A stretch of 64,000 nt of DNA from Octopus bimaculoides (lineage: Eukaryota), in NCBI RefSeq assembly GCF_001194135.2, contig NC_068989.1:94981761-95045760 (forward strand), read 5' to 3'. Made by a program: the position numbers and the translations under genes. How positions within the stretch are numbered: position 1 is the first letter of the stretch; each line of letters starts with the position of its first letter. Positions 40,076 to 56,103 of the stretch are shown here, in pieces. The notes under the pieces are model-generated. The model saw only the letters and a program-made list of their open reading frames with translations. It did not search any database and was not told the DNA's origin.

Positions 40076-40639
40076 GCAAAAATGTATGTATGTGTCTATG
40101 TGTGTATGTGTGTATGTATGTAGTAATGTACGTGTGTATGTATGTAGTTATGTACGTGTGTATGTATGTAGTAATGTATGTATGAATGTATGTGTGTATG
40201 TATGTGTGCATGTATCTATGCACGGATGGATGGGTGAGTGGATGCAGGATGAGCTTTGCCAGAGTTTACGTCGGCCAAATTTCACTTACAAAATATTGTT
40301 TGACTCGAGTCTTTGATATATTTGCCCAGAAATTGCCACGCAATGAAATCAAAGCGGAAACCTTGTAGTTTTAAATCGAATTTTTTACCCAATCATCCAA
40401 ATCTGCTCCCACAATATAACTTAATTTATAGTTCATCCAGTTTAGAGTTCCTAACAGTTGTGACATTTCCTCTTTGTTTTGACTATGATTGTTGCAATTA
40501 ATACTGAAAATATCTCTGCATCAGCAGCACTTCATCATGTGTGAGAGCTGTATTCCACTGAGATGTTTAGATGAGCGTTGTGGTTAGTTGGTAACTGTTC
40601 TAAAAGATTTCGTAGCTATAAAAAAGGAGGCATAATCTC

Positions 40640-41200
40640 AGAAATGTAATTTTTGCGTTGTTATAAATGTGAGATTACTAAGAGAGATCAAAAGTTGTGT
40701 GGCCTAACATTTATAATGATTTCGAGATTTTTAATTACATAACAGTTGGGTGGGGGTAGAAGCTTTCAGCCCGGCTACGTGCACTGATTGTACATTGTTG
40801 CTGTTCAAAGAGATGGAATTGGTTTTCATTTCCTACTGGAAAATACTTTTGCAAGGGCTCTAATCAGTGAAGAGTTTCTGTTTTGTCGCAGTATACCTAG
40901 GTTACATTCAGATGATGTTTGTGTACAGAAGAGGAAGGTGGGATGAAGACTGGTGTCATTTGAATAATAGTGGGCGTGGCTAAAAGCGTCAATAATTAGA
41001 TCATTAATAAACAGGAGAAAAGTCTAGGTAACATAACTGAACCTTGTGGCTAACTAAAGATTATAGAATTGGGAGTTCTAGAGATTTATCAGTAATCATT
41101 GCGAAGATGGCATCTGACAGGAAGCTTCGAACACAAGAGATGAAATATGAATGAAAACAATATAAAGGTAGTCTTTTTAGCTAGGATATGGTTGTGCTAG
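40640..41200 (-). mobile_element. CR1/L2-type LINE RT fragment
   Basis: Reverse complement gives CVRSFLSD, PQGSVM.PRLF, tttattaatgatcta (FINDL) and YYSNDTSLHP (cf. YADDTSLH), with frameshifts. Confidence 0.62.
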
Positions 41201-43256
41201 AGATGGGTAAATAATTTGCTGATCTCAGTTCCTCACGTGTACTTTTAGAAAGCAAGAATTTCAATACACACTAAATTTTTCAACCATCTTCAGCTTCTAG
41301 TTACAGCCTGCACAAAAGAGATTGTATGTAACCTATTCTAAATACATCAGGTAGCAATATTTACACTTAACATATATTTTGTTTGACTAGTAGATACTTC
41401 ACTGCGACGGTATTGGTGAGTAACAATTGTCGATCAGATTATCTTATGATATCCAATATTTTCTAAACAGAAAATTTGACTAAAATAGACTCAAAGGAAT
41501 ATTTTCCATTACCAGTTAGAATTGTTTACAAAATAGCGCGTAGATTCAGAAACCAGAATTAACTTGTAAAAATATCTGACAAGCGATGTCTGGTAGATGA
41601 TATCGTTCGTATCTGAAATAGATCAATGTTTATTTTCGCGAAACAATTAGATATAGCGATGGATGGTTAGAAACAGTAGTTTACAAAAAGAGAGAGAGGG
41701 AGAGGGAGGGAGAAACAAGATAGAGGGAGAGAGAAAGAGCAAAGATGGACACCGAGAATAACTAGATGTAATATTGAATTGAAGCGAATGAAAAGTAATT
41801 TTATGCATTTACTAGATGCCATTTCATGAATGAAACATTTGGCTTCCTTTAATAAAGACCGATCCGAAATTATCACTATTAAAGCGCAATCATCAAGCTA
41901 CGGTATGTCTCTAATAAAGGAATTTTAGTGCAATATCTCTAATACTTGACTTATAATAATCTCCCTTCAAAGCTCTCAACATTTTATTGTCCGTTCTTTC
42001 AGCGTTATAAATAGCGAGTCATGCTTGTGTGTAATACTTAAGTTTATGGTTCTAAGTACACAGACAGATGTCTGTTAAAAGGCATAAATGTAATAAGTAC
42101 ATGTAATGCAATGACGAGTAATGTCCGAATTAGTACATCGACTTGGCTAATGCATAGCAGCATTTAGTTCTCTGCGTCTATTTTCTGTGTTCAAACCACG
42201 TTATAATCGATTTTTGTCTTTCAATATTACCATAAATAGTATTAATTATCGAACCCCTCCTCTCTTAAAATATTTAAGGTTTCCAAGTTAACAGAAATCA
42301 ATTCAAGGACACGTACAAGAACAGCTACATGGATCTATTCTCTCGAAATTATCTGATCATATTATTTTGGGACCCAAATCATTTTCATTTAAATTAAAGA
42401 AATTAACCTTTTACACTGATAATCTATGTATACTTAGGTAATAATTACAAGACTCTTATATCAGTGAAATGGTTGAGTGAACTATAAGTAATTGAGTAAT
42501 AGCAGCTCATGGTTCGATGGATTAAACCTACAACAGACATTTTGTCTGGTCTTCCGGAACGATTATTATTCGACATGCCTTTCATCTATTTGCCGTTGGA
42601 AACGTAAAGTAAAATTCGGCAAAAATTAGCTGCAATAAGCTGTAGCAGCCTAATTGGACATTTTATTCTCATTTATTAAATTCTAAATTCAATTGAAAAC
42701 AGAATTAAGTGCCAATTGAGTGAGTCCCAAAGCACAGTTGAAAAGACTGAACAAAATTCATAATCAGTTTCGGGGAACTTTTGAAACCAAATCCTGTTTG
42801 AAAATTTATTGCGGTATCATGGTAGCCTGTAACCTTAATAACTCGCTGGGAATATAATGCATATCCACACGGAGAATACGAGGTCAGTTCTCAGCAAATC
42901 TAGTTGTCGATATAATATCTCTCTCCAGTTACACTCTGAGTGTCATTCGGAAGGAAATTCACGGAAGAGAAACAAATAAATATGCTGATGCATTGATAGA
43001 AAAGTAAGATGAGATGGGTACACAGAAAAGGAGAGGATAGCTACAAAGGGATTTTATAATTTGGACTGAACATGTAAGGCAGGAAATGAAAACTAATTCT
43101 GCTTTATTTCAGAAGCCTGGTGTAATATATACAGACGTACATACGAAGGGTAACATATAATCGAAAAAAGGACTCGAAGAGTGAATTTAGCACTTTTTAA
43201 AATTATTATTTAAAATTGCTTCGGTAGTATTCCCAGTGCAGCACTTGACCCAAAAT

Positions 43257-43650
43257 ATGCAGGAGTGGCTGTGTGGGAAGAAGCTTGCTTCTCAGCCACA
43301 GGATTTCGAGTTCAGTCCCACTGCATGGCACCGTCAGCAAGTGTCTTCTACTATAGCCTCAGGCCGACCAAAGTACTGTGAGTGGATTTGGTTGACGGAA
43401 ACTGAAAGAAGCCCATTGTATGTGTGTGTGTGTGTGTGTGTGTCTTTATGATTGTGTTTGTCCTCCCTCAACCGCTAGACAATCGGTGTTTGTGTGTTTA
43501 CATCTCCGTAACTTAGTGGTTAGAAAATGGAGAACGATAGAATAAGTACCAAGCTTTCAAAAAGTAAGTCCTGGAAACGATTTGTTCGACTAAAGGCGTT
43601 CAACACGATGCCCCAGCATGGCTGTAGTCTGACGAATGTAACAAGCAACA
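43257..43650 (+). mobile_element. SINE family A, full length (reference copy; tRNA head plus CORE-like domain, resembling octopus OR-type SINEs)
   Basis: A box tggctgtgtgg, B-box-like gagttcagtccc, central gcaagtgtcttctactatagcc, internal (TG)n, tail ending gccccagcatggctgtagtc. Confidence 0.9.
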
Positions 43651-43779
43651 CACACACACACATATACATACCGACACACACACACTGCAAGGTAGATATA
43701 TATAAATTTTGCAGAGAAAGAGGTAAAAAAATGTATTTAGAAATAGACTCCAGATAAAACAATGGGATTTAATGAAAGT

Positions 43780-44350
43780 GGGAGAGTGAGAGAGTGACAG
43801 TGGGAGGGAGAGTAGACAGTGACTTATAAATGAAGCGAAAAGACAAAATATGAATTTGGTTTGTAAGTAAAGGAAATATATTTGATAATAAAGCTAAATA
43901 GTGTGAAAGGGATCGGCAATTAATAGTTAATGAATGTAATTATCTTCAGGGAATAGTTACGTGAAGATGAAAATCAACAGGTCCCGAGGTAAAAGATGTC
44001 AGGAAGGAAATTTAGGTTGGTTAGTAGAGCAGCGAGCAATCAGGCTATGAATAGGGCAGGTTAGTAGTGTTGGGTGTAGTGTGGTGGGGTAGAAGGGGTG
44101 AGGAGAAGGAGAGAAGGTAAGAAGAACTAGAGGAAGAGATTAAATGAAGAAATACAAGGAAAGACTAAAAGATAGTGTGATGAAAAGAGAAAGACAGAAA
44201 GAAACTATCAAAGAAAGAAAGGAAGTGTGAGAAGAAGAAGGAGGAGGAAGAGAGTAACAACAACAAGTAGAGGAACAAGAGACTGGGAAAGAAGATGAGA
44301 AAGTGGAAAAAGAAGGAAAGCAGAGGAATGGAAGAACAGAAGAAAATACT
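43780..44350 (+). repeat. Purine-rich low-complexity tract
   Basis: Strong A/G strand bias seen directly. Confidence 0.7.
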
Positions 44351-45507
44351 CAGTGATATGTAAGTGCATATATAAATTATGAGTTAATTATCGTAAGCCA
44401 TAAATGATAAGCAAATGGTTGAAACGCACTGCAAATGTATGCTGCAGATTTCGAAGATTAGAGGAACAATGAAATAACTCTAGCAAAAGATAATTTACTA
44501 ACTAGACGTCAGAAATCTTCAGAATGGGGAGAATTTGCGAGGTTTTCGAGTAAAATAATAATGAATTACAAAAGATTTTGACATAGAAGAGCAGCAGGAA
44601 TTGCTATAAAATGTTGAATGCGGTTGGTAAAAATTCACATTAAGAGGAGATCATATGGTAATGCTGTAAAAAAGAAAAAAATATTTTTAATGCAAAAATA
44701 AACAAAGCGGGATGGCGTGACGATAGGTAAAAATGGGAAAATAGAACCGTTGCAGAAGGACTCTGAAGAAAAAACAAATAAATAAATTATAGATTTAAAC
44801 CCATGGCAAGAAGAAAAATAGCCGTGTAAAGCAGACCAACAAGATGAAAAAGGTCAATTAATAAGGATTGGAATATGGTCAAGAATGAAGTGATAAGGCA
44901 ATTACAGTTAAAAAAAGAGCATAGATAATGTATGAGAAGTTTGTGGTTAGTAAAAGGTAAAGATTGATATCGCAGTAAGTAAAAATTACGTGTAGATGGT
45001 GCAGAGTTTAGGTAAATGTGAAGCACCTCGGCATTATCGTTCGAATAAAGCTTTGGGCTTGCGGTGCACGTTCGGCTTTCAAGCTTTGTATATACAAAAA
45101 TGAATGCTTCCCATGTTTATTTAATCGATTACACTTTAACCTGTAAAATGGCTAACTTATTCACGAGCTAAACAAAAACAGGCTTTTATCACCAGTTTTT
45201 GGCCCTTGGCTTATTGTTCGTTTAAGTTTATAGCTAGCATTTTCTATTAACTCAAATAAATTTGAAGAAAGTAGTTTCGGTTTCTTAAAATTCGGATTTC
45301 TAAATGTGATAGTGGGGTCATTGTGTCGTAGTTTAAAAGGAATGGATAAACTTCTATGAGTGTTGGACTTATTCCTGCTAACATTGCACTGGTACATTAT
45401 TTCATGATCTAAGTATCTATATTCTAGATGGTATTGATTAAGGTTCATGCCTATATAATTCACGCATTTATACGCACGTATGAGTATAAGCAAGCACATG
45501 TACACAC

Positions 45508-45646
<139 letters not shown>

Positions 45647-45647
45647 C

Positions 45648-45695
<48 letters not shown>

Positions 45696-45750
45696 TGAGA
45701 GATAGATAGCTGCACGCACGTACATGCACACACACATCCAAATAGGGTAC

Positions 45751-46032
45751 CTTATCAGCCGACAAATGATTGAAGGAAAAGAAAGCCTGTTCTAATCTGC
45801 TGGAAGCGTTTGATGGGAATCAAGACAAGTTTTTCTTTTCTGATCTGGTGAGAGGGAATGGAAGATGGACGTATCTTTATGATTAAACAACAAAAGGTCA
45901 TTCCATGGAATGTCGAACCACCTCTTATCCAAGGCCAAAGACTTTCAAGAGCAAGCGATCGGCACAGAAACTCATAATGTCATAATGTCTGCTTTGTCGG
46001 ATGACAAGGGCGTCTTTCTCCTTGATTCATAC
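45751..46032 (+). mobile_element. mariner transposase internal remnant (second family)
   Basis: ADQMIERKESCSNLLEAFD...WTYLYD*TTKGHSMECRTTSYPRPKTFKSKRSAQKL...SDDKGVFLLDS matches the mariner region around the first catalytic D. Confidence 0.75.
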
Positions 46033-46066
46033 ACATATAGATATGTATACGCACGTGTGCGTGTGC

Positions 46067-46097
<31 letters not shown>

Positions 46098-46224
46098 AGT
46101 GTATGTGTGTAGTGTGTGTGTATTCATGCATGCGTATGTATGTATATATGCATATATATATGTATGTATATATATATATGTGTATATATATGTATGAATA
46201 TATATATATATATATATATATATA

Positions 46225-46736
46225 NNNNNNNNNNNNNNNNNNNNNNNNNNNNNNNNNNNNNNNNNNNNNNNNNNNNNNNNNNNNNNNNNNNNNNNNNNNN
46301 NNNNNNNNNNNNNNNNNNNNNNNNNNNNNNNNNNNNNNNNNNNNNNNNNNNNNNNNNNNNNNNNNNNNNNNNNNNNNNNNNNNNNNNNNNNNNNNNNNNN
46401 NNNNNNNNNNNNNNNNNNNNNNNNNNNNNNNNNNNNNNNNNNNNNNNNNNNNNNNNNNNNNNNNNNNNNNNNNNNNNNNNNNNNNNNNNNNNNNNNNNNN
46501 NNNNNNNNNNNNNNNNNNNNNNNNNNNNNNNNNNNNNNNNNNNNNNNNNNNNNNNNNNNNNNNNNNNNNNNNNNNNNNNNNNNNNNNNNNNNNNNNNNNN
46601 NNNNNNNNNNNNNNNNNNNNNNNNNNNNNNNNNNNNNNNNNNNNNNNNNNNNNNNNNNNNNNNNNNNNNNNNNNNNNNNNNNNNNNNNNNNNNNNNNNNN
46701 NNNNNNNNNNNNNNNNNNNNNNNNNNNNNNNNNNNN
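46225..46736. other. Assembly gap
   Basis: N run. Confidence 1.
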
Positions 46737-47047
46737 TAGAGCTCAAAATCAATGCATTGAAGATACTTTATTGCAGCAACAATTATAATAACAGAAACAA
46801 CCACAATAAGCCAAACCTATGCACATTTCAATAGGGTATCCAGGATAAATAAACCACATCATAATGCGACCCTGAAGAGATGGAGTATCCAGAAATTTGT
46901 AGTATGTTGTAATATGTTACAATATTTTACGAGACATCTTATGATGTGGTTTATTTATCCTGGATACCCTATTGAAATGTGCATTCTGTTATTATAATTG
47001 TTGCTGCAATAAAGTATCTTCAATGCATCGATTTTGAGCTCTATCCT
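46737..47047. mobile_element. Foldback MITE with long TIRs ending at TTAA (Kolobok-like)
   Basis: 46737-46865 is a near-perfect inverse of 46936-47043. Right end reads GAGCTCTATCCT|TTAA; left terminus lies in the gap. Confidence 0.78.
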
Positions 47048-47054
47048 TTAAGAG

Positions 47055-48473
<1,419 letters not shown>

Positions 48474-49112
48474 ATATATATATGGAGAATTTTATATGAG
48501 AGCTAGCAAATGAAACATATAATAGTTTTACTATTGACTATCTAGCACCAGAGATGTAAACCCCTTCATGACTAAACAGTACAAGATGCGAATTTGTTAA
48601 AACGGTTGCGTTTACTTTTAATTCCTTTCGTAATTACAGGTTTGAGTTTTGCAACAAATAGTAGAGGGAAAAAAAAAGTTTCCACTTACAACATTAATAA
48701 AAATCACTTTTAAATGTGTTAAAGAAAGACATTTGTATGCATATTCTTCAATCTATGTATGTAGTTTTCTTAGTGTTAGATATGTTGTCGCAAAGAAAAT
48801 ATTGTCGCTGTAAAATTAGGTGAAATCAACAGAAGTTTATGTCCGCAAGACACATAGCAATTTAGGGTTTGTTGAACTAAAACGTTTCCTTTACTGAGGC
48901 TGGATGGATGAAAGCTATAATACCATTTCCAATCGTTGAGTTCTGTTTGAAGAAACAGTAAGATCAGTTTTTTGCGGTTGCATTTGACGAGTAAAAAGAG
49001 TGACACAGCTTTGACTTCTGCTTATGAAACCCAGGAATGACTGGGAGGCAATATTCTTTGATTCTTCCAATAAACCGATGTAAAGAAGTAAACAACCCAA
49101 ATGTCCTTAATT

Positions 49113-49151
<39 letters not shown>

Positions 49152-49324
49152 ATGTACGTGTGTGAATGGGGGGATTGACATTTAAAATAGGTCTAACAGA
49201 AAAACCGTTCACATGTATAAAAAAATCAATCTTCATACATACATTGAAGTATACACTAACATACACTGACATATTAACACACATACACATATGTATGCAT
49301 ACACACACGCACGCACATATACAT

Positions 49325-49335
49325 ATATATGTATG

Positions 49336-49428
<93 letters not shown>
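49325..49428 (+). repeat. (TA)n microsatellite
   Basis: Seen directly. Confidence 0.97.
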
Positions 49429-49431
<3 letters not shown>

Positions 49432-49481
49432 TACACACACATATATATACATAAAAACATATAAACACGTATATATATATA

Positions 49482-49537
<56 letters not shown>

Positions 49538-50524
49538 AATGCACAAGCCATTACAGACACATATATGCATATGAACGTGTTTGTATTTATATGTGCGTAT
49601 ATATATATATATATGTGCGTAGATATGTACGTAAATGTGTGTGTTCGTAATAGAAAGAATTGGAGAAATAAAATAAAGATAAATACAATACTTAAAAGAT
49701 AAAGTTTCGATTGTACATTTCTTATCAAAAATCACCCGCAGCTCATTAACATAGGAGTCTTATCTACGATGCCATTTACTGTTGGTATCTTCCTTATTCT
49801 TTTCTCAAATATCGTACGACTTATAAAACTGAACATAGTGGAAGGCAGTTCAAGCTGATCTATATTCACCTGGTTTTGCAGATAGGAAAAAGCATAAAGA
49901 TTGAAAAGTGAGAGAAAGAAGGAGATAACCAAAAGAGAAAACTAGGATGAAAGAATGACATGGATGTATGGGTTCACCCTTTCCTTCCCTCGATGCCAAA
50001 AGGTTGTCACTGACGGTGGACAGGACCCTTCCTGGGCCATCAAACGTTGCCTTCGCAGAGTCAGTCCTGCATCGCTATAAATTCAATGGTTCAGAACACC
50101 AATGTAAGAAATTTGAATATTTTGCTCTCCCTAATATTCGCTTAATTTGTGTTGGGAACGTTTGCTCCAGTCGCCTTAAAGGCTTCCACGCTTCCTGTAA
50201 GTCTCGAGATATCGAAAACAATTACTACATAAATATGTATTCGTAGAGAATTATCTAACTCTGATTTTCCTTTATGTAATTTATAATGCAATCTCTGATT
50301 TACATACTTTCCAAAGAAATCATGACTGGATCATTTTATTTCAGACGGTCAAAGTCAGATACGAACACATACATTTATATATATACATTTTTGTATATAT
50401 GAACAGAGAAACATATATTTATATACATGTGAGTATATAGATATACACATGTATATAGTACAAACATGTAACTCGGAACAGAAACTCTATCCCAAATGTT
50501 GTCGTTCGAAAATCTTTAATCTTT

Positions 50525-50880
50525 CACCTGTTTCACTTATTAGACTGCGGCCATGCTGGGGCTCCACCTTGAATTTTTAGTTGAATGAATCAACCCCAGT
50601 ACTTACGTTTTTAAAGCCCGGTACTTATTCTATCAGTCTCTTTTGCCAAATCGCTAAGTTACGGGGAGATAAGTACACTAACACTGGTTATCAAGCGGTG
50701 GTGGAGGACAAACACAGACACACACACACACACACACACACACATATTTTCCATCCACCAAATCTCCTCACGCGGCTTTGGTCGGCCTGAGGCTACAGTA
50801 GAAGACAGTCGCCTAAATCACAGAGAATGACTCCGAAAGCATGCGGTTGGGGAGCGAGCTTCTTACCACGCAGCCAGGCC
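50525..50880 (-). mobile_element. SINE family A, near full length
   Basis: Collinear reverse-complement match to 43257-43650. Confidence 0.85.
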
Positions 50881-51669
50881 TTCACCTATATGGAAACATA
50901 TATATTTACATTTATGTTTGTATATAAATATACACGTGAACAGAATGCAAACATGTGACTCGGTACAGAAATTCTGTCACAAGTGACGCCGTTCGTAAGT
51001 ACCATTTTGTTTCCCTTTTGTTTCTTTTATTCTTGGCAGTTTCTTTTATTTTGTTTCTGATCTTTCACCAATTGACCTCGTTGAAAGATGCTTGCTGGAA
51101 CACCAGGAAGGAAGAAACATTTGGCAGCACATTTGCCCATGATATATACAATAGGTTCAAATCCACAAGCACTTAGTCGCGGGGCAAACTTCTCCTCCAC
51201 TCAGTCAAGGCTGCACTCACGATATTTCTACGTATGTTTGCAATGCGGTCAAATACGTCAATAATACGTCAAATTTTACTTCGGTTTTATACAGTAACAA
51301 TACACGGATATGTTTTAAATAATAACTACTATCAAACAAATTATCTCATTCGTCTCTGTCCAAACTAAACTGCTTGCGACATCTCACGCTGAAATTATAT
51401 TCTCTCCCGAAATATCGATAATATTCACATTTATTGCCAAACAGATAGATTGCAATAATCAGATACAGAAATAAAATTCTTCCAGTTCCTAAATATTCTC
51501 CATTAGAAACCATGTGATGTTATTAGATTTCTGGTGTGTTTTTACGATTCATTAAACTATGTTAGTGGTTGCCATGAAAAGTCAGGGTAATTGTAATCGA
51601 AATCAGGTTAGTGTACCATTTCCGTTGACAATTCATTAGATTTAGAACAAATTTTAATCTTCTTTTATC

Positions 51670-51860
51670 TTTTATTCATTTCGGTCATTGAACTGCGACC
51701 ATGCTAGGGCACAGCTTGAAGTGTTTAGTCAGACAAATCGACCCGAATGCTAAAACTATAAAAACTGGTGCTTATTTCATCGGTCTCTACACCGAACCGG
51801 TAGAAATGGGGGGGGGGGTAAACAAACCGAGACAAGTTGTCAAGCAGTGATGGCGACAAA
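51670..51860 (-). mobile_element. SINE family A tail
   Basis: gtcattgaactgcgaccatgctagggcac...tttagtcagacaaatcgacc. Confidence 0.7.
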
Positions 51861-52454
51861 CACAATCAAAAGCACACACAAACATGCACATCAGATATGA
51901 AGACAATATTGCTGTACACTAAAAGCCAGTGTGACAGCCATACACTTTCTGCTGATTCAAACAATATAATTCGACGTTTTGTTGCAATTCTACCCAACGT
52001 CTCGTGTTTAGCTCACGATTTACTTTCATTATCTCCTTGCTATAACTAACACATTTTACATAATCTTTATATTTCGGCGGAAAACTGTTTTATCACACGA
52101 GATCAATCAGCAATTTAATGTTTTATTTGTCGTCAACAGCTGAATTTTGCTTGCATCTGTTCTTTTCTTGTGACAGTCAACAGCTGGATTATATCTCCAT
52201 CTGTACTTATACCCCAGTTTCACACTGATAATTATTAACTGAATATTGCTCTGTCTGGTGCTTCCAGTTGGCGTCATCTAGAGGACTCCATTACATTGAA
52301 CATTCTGGATAAATATCTCAATTGAGACACATTGACTCATTCTTCATAGAAATGTCGTTTGATGAAAAAGAAATATAAAAAGCAAGTGAATTGGTTGGTT
52401 ATTCTTTAAGACATTTTGTTTATATTCTTGCAAATTAAATATCTTGCCACATTT

Positions 52455-52670
52455 GAAGGCGATGAGGTGGGAGAATCGTTAGCACACCGGGAAAACTGCT
52501 TAGCGACATTCTGTCCGTCTTCACGTTCTCAGTTCAAATCCACCGAGGCCCACTCTACCATTCATCATTTCGGGGTCGACACAATAAGAACCAATTGAAC
52601 ACAGGGGGTCGATGTAATCATCTGATCTCATCCCACAAAATTACTGGCCTTGTACCAAAATTTCAAACCG
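52455..52670 (+). mobile_element. SINE family B, full length
   Basis: gaaggcgatgaggtgggagaatcgttagcac...cagttcaaatccaccg...ggccttgtaccaaaatttcaaacc. Confidence 0.85.
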
Positions 52671-53356
52671 TTATTCTATCTCTGGTTCAAGAATCAATCG
52701 AACCAGTTAACATAACAATAAAAACATTGAAGTAACTGAATATGTGTCGTGTGAATATTTCACCCGTCTAGTGATTAGTTTGTCGGATGCTTATAATCGG
52801 AGACTCTTTTATTCACAAGTGCATGACATAATTTAGGAAAAACAGAGAAGTGTCTATAATGTATTTCGTAGCGACAAAATGTGTCTGAAGTATTGAACCC
52901 AGAACGTTATTTTGATACTCAGCAAATATTGTTCCTCAGAAACACAATTTGTCCTTTAGTAAAGCAACAACCGAGTTTTTATCTGAATAAGAAAAGAAAA
53001 TTTATTACTTGTTTAGTGTTTAACAATACTTAATTGTGCTTCATAAATTAATTGTACATAAATATTAATTGTAGATGTTAAATCAAAAATTAAATAACAT
53101 CAAACATTTGGTAATCTGCTTACTATAACATTTTTGTAATGCATATTCGAATTTGAGTCGTCATTAGAAAAGACAGTACGAAATGGAAACAATGTAACCA
53201 AAAGAAACCCAATGATTTCTATGCGTTGATTTTTGCAAAGCTATAACAGATGCCGGATTAGATTTATTGATTTTTCCAAATCCTATGACGAGAGAACAAT
53301 GTGAAGTCACGATTATCTGATTTCCAGTTACTATTTCCAACCAATTTACTCTGCAC

Positions 53357-53422
<66 letters not shown>

Positions 53423-54904
53423 CCTCTTCCTCTTCCCTCTTCTCGTAAATATATAGATTGCCTTTATCGTGTACCTAATGACAACGAAAACACTGCATGC
53501 AAATGCAATGCTTTCTTTAAAACAAAGAAAAATACAAAACGAAATTGAAATTTTCCATCAAGAATTTTCTGTAAAGAAATTGCAAGATACTTGCAATAAA
53601 TTCTGAAAGTGTACAAGAGCAAAACAGCAAACATATTTAGTTCCATGTCTTATATGTCTAACTGACTGCCAATCTATCATTTCTGGGAATCTATCTTTTT
53701 GCTGCTCCCCAACCACCACCAAAACCAACGTATTTCAAATTTCTTCTTATCTCTTATATACTTTATCACTAGCTTAGTGCGCACGCGCACGTGTATGTGC
53801 GTGTGTAAATGTATGTTTGTGTGTGGATGTGTGTGTGTGTGTAGTTTCTCAAATTCAATATATTGTTTTATATCTTTGCATTCTTGTAGTGAGATTTAAC
53901 ATTATAAATTGAATAATGCGATTAAACATATATAAACCAGTTAACACAAATAGAAAATATGGAAATCTTTTAAGATGCACTCACACATATATATACATAC
54001 ATATACTCATATATATACACACACACACGCGCGCGCATATACACATACACATACATATATATGTATACACACATACATATATTTCTACATAAATATACGT
54101 GTGTGTATGTGTGTGTCTCTTCATCTGCAATGCTTCCTAAGAGACTGGTGCACGCGTGCATATGAATAAGCGTTTCAGCCTCTCAGCATGTGCCGCGCGT
54201 ATATTTATATAAACATGTGGCTGTAAATCTCATTCCAGTCAAAGAAAGTTCTGCTATATTAACATGAAGCTCGATAGTTGAGAGGATCAGAATTGCCAGA
54301 ATCGGTAATTTTGCATGACTTTACGTAATATATGATTATTAATGCAAATAAACAAATTTAATGAATTTTTAGCTTGATAGCCATTCATTTCATGTTGCTT
54401 TGCTTATTGAATAAAGAAACGGTTTGCAAACTCCAGGTGGCAGAATAATTATGAAAGAGACGCGAAGAGAAATTATCTAATAAAACTAGAGATATCCAAG
54501 AGTATTTTATACAATACGCCATGCACGGGATTCCTACTACGCAAGGAAAACAATTAAGAGTATTTCCAAAAGAATAATAATATATGTTAATTTTATTTAA
54601 TTATTAGAAAATCGTATATTGTTATTTAAATATCGGGAAAAAAATTGAGTCGTAGGGAATTATTGATTTTTCGAAATGGTTTGGGATTTTAAAAAATATT
54701 AAACACCGCTGTGATAAAGCAACATAAGCGACGAACATAAGGCTGAAGGGATCAGGAGAAGGTCTAACGTAAAAGTTCATACAAGTTTAATGACATGCGA
54801 TCGTCTGTGATTGTCAGGTGGTTTCTCCAAGCATTCGCTAGGGAGAACAACGCATAACGTTTTGGAGAATATTCTTGTAAGGCGCGGATAATGCATTATT
54901 TCTA

Positions 54905-55130
54905 TGTATCGTTATCCAAGTAATAATACCAAGAGATAACTCAACCAGCCAGGAAGTTGTTACATGTTCGTTAAACCTCGTAGATATAGCAACCAAATTG
55001 CGCTCAAAACCCACCCCATTGTTTTACAGAAGGGTCGAATATTGAATGATTTAGTCTGGTATAATAAAAACGGAGATGGTCATTGATGGATTGAGCTTGA
55101 TCATTGGTCTACTGCATCAAGAAAAACCTG
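54905..55130 (+). repeat. Unclassified interspersed repeat family D
   Basis: Motifs shared with 9480-9720 and 14030-14215. Confidence 0.45.
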
Positions 55131-55168
55131 CAATTATAGACCAACCAAGAGATACCATTTGTTAAGAG

Positions 55169-55208
<40 letters not shown>

Positions 55209-55824
55209 GTCGTATGACATACTCTACATTGGCGACCACATCCTTCTTCAGTAATAGAGTAAAAGTGATTGCTTTGCGAGTAAACGAATATGGATAGACT
55301 TGGAAACGGATCTTCAATTGGTATTTTACATTACGGCCTCGGAAATATAAAAGGTAATGTCAAATCTCTGCAAGATTGTAATTCCGACGCAAAGACTCAG
55401 AACAAATACCTGAAAACACTTACCTCTCCCTCTGTAACGATTCTGCCAAATACACACACTCTAATCGCCATAAATTAAATATATAATCACGATGTTGTTG
55501 CAATCAGAGAGATGTGTCCAAGAGGTTGTATGGAAAGAGAAAGTAACTTTCTCAAAGAATTCACTTGCATCTGTGGTTTGCTGTTTATCGGCACGAACCA
55601 AAATCACTGACGACACATGGAGTGAAGTTCAGTTTGTGCCGAAACAGCATAATAAAAGTACATCAGGCCAACTGAAGAGTACTTACGCCGCAGAGCCTTT
55701 GAAAATAACGGAAAATGAAATCTGTAAAAACGGACGAGATTTTCACGATTAAAACACTATTGGCTTGACGTGTATTTGATCATTTTTTTTATATATTAAA
55801 TTCACAGTATAGACTTACAGATGA

Positions 55825-55990
55825 AGGCGTAGGTGGCTAGGATATTTTGCTCAGGATCATAATGTCGTGGGTTCATTTCCGCCACCTAGCAGTGCATTGT
55901 TTCCTTCAGCAAGACCCTTTATTCCACTTTGTTACAGATTAATCAACTGAAAAATGAGAACCAGCTGAGTTGTAGAGCAGCTCTGTCTAC
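55825..55990 (+). mobile_element. SINE family C, 5' part
   Basis: ggcgtaggtggctagg...gggttcatttccg...tttccttcagcaagaccc, similar to the head of 31935-32250. Confidence 0.55.
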
Positions 55991-56046
55991 CCGACCTCCT
56001 CCAGTTGTTACAACTTGTTGTGGCGTTGGGTCAAAGGGAGGGAGAG

Positions 56047-56103
<57 letters not shown>

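Noticed and set aside
46872-46905. HHR in the MITE loop (CTGAAGA..TGGA-gta-TCCA GAAA)
   Set aside because: Stems I and III cannot form.
49736-49869. Exon on either strand
   Set aside because: Splice signals are mediocre, both strands give equally arbitrary peptides, and no homology was recognised.
55605-55655. HHR-like CTGACGA..CACA/TGTG..GAAAC
   Set aside because: No NUH with stem III and no stem I; at best a decayed relic.
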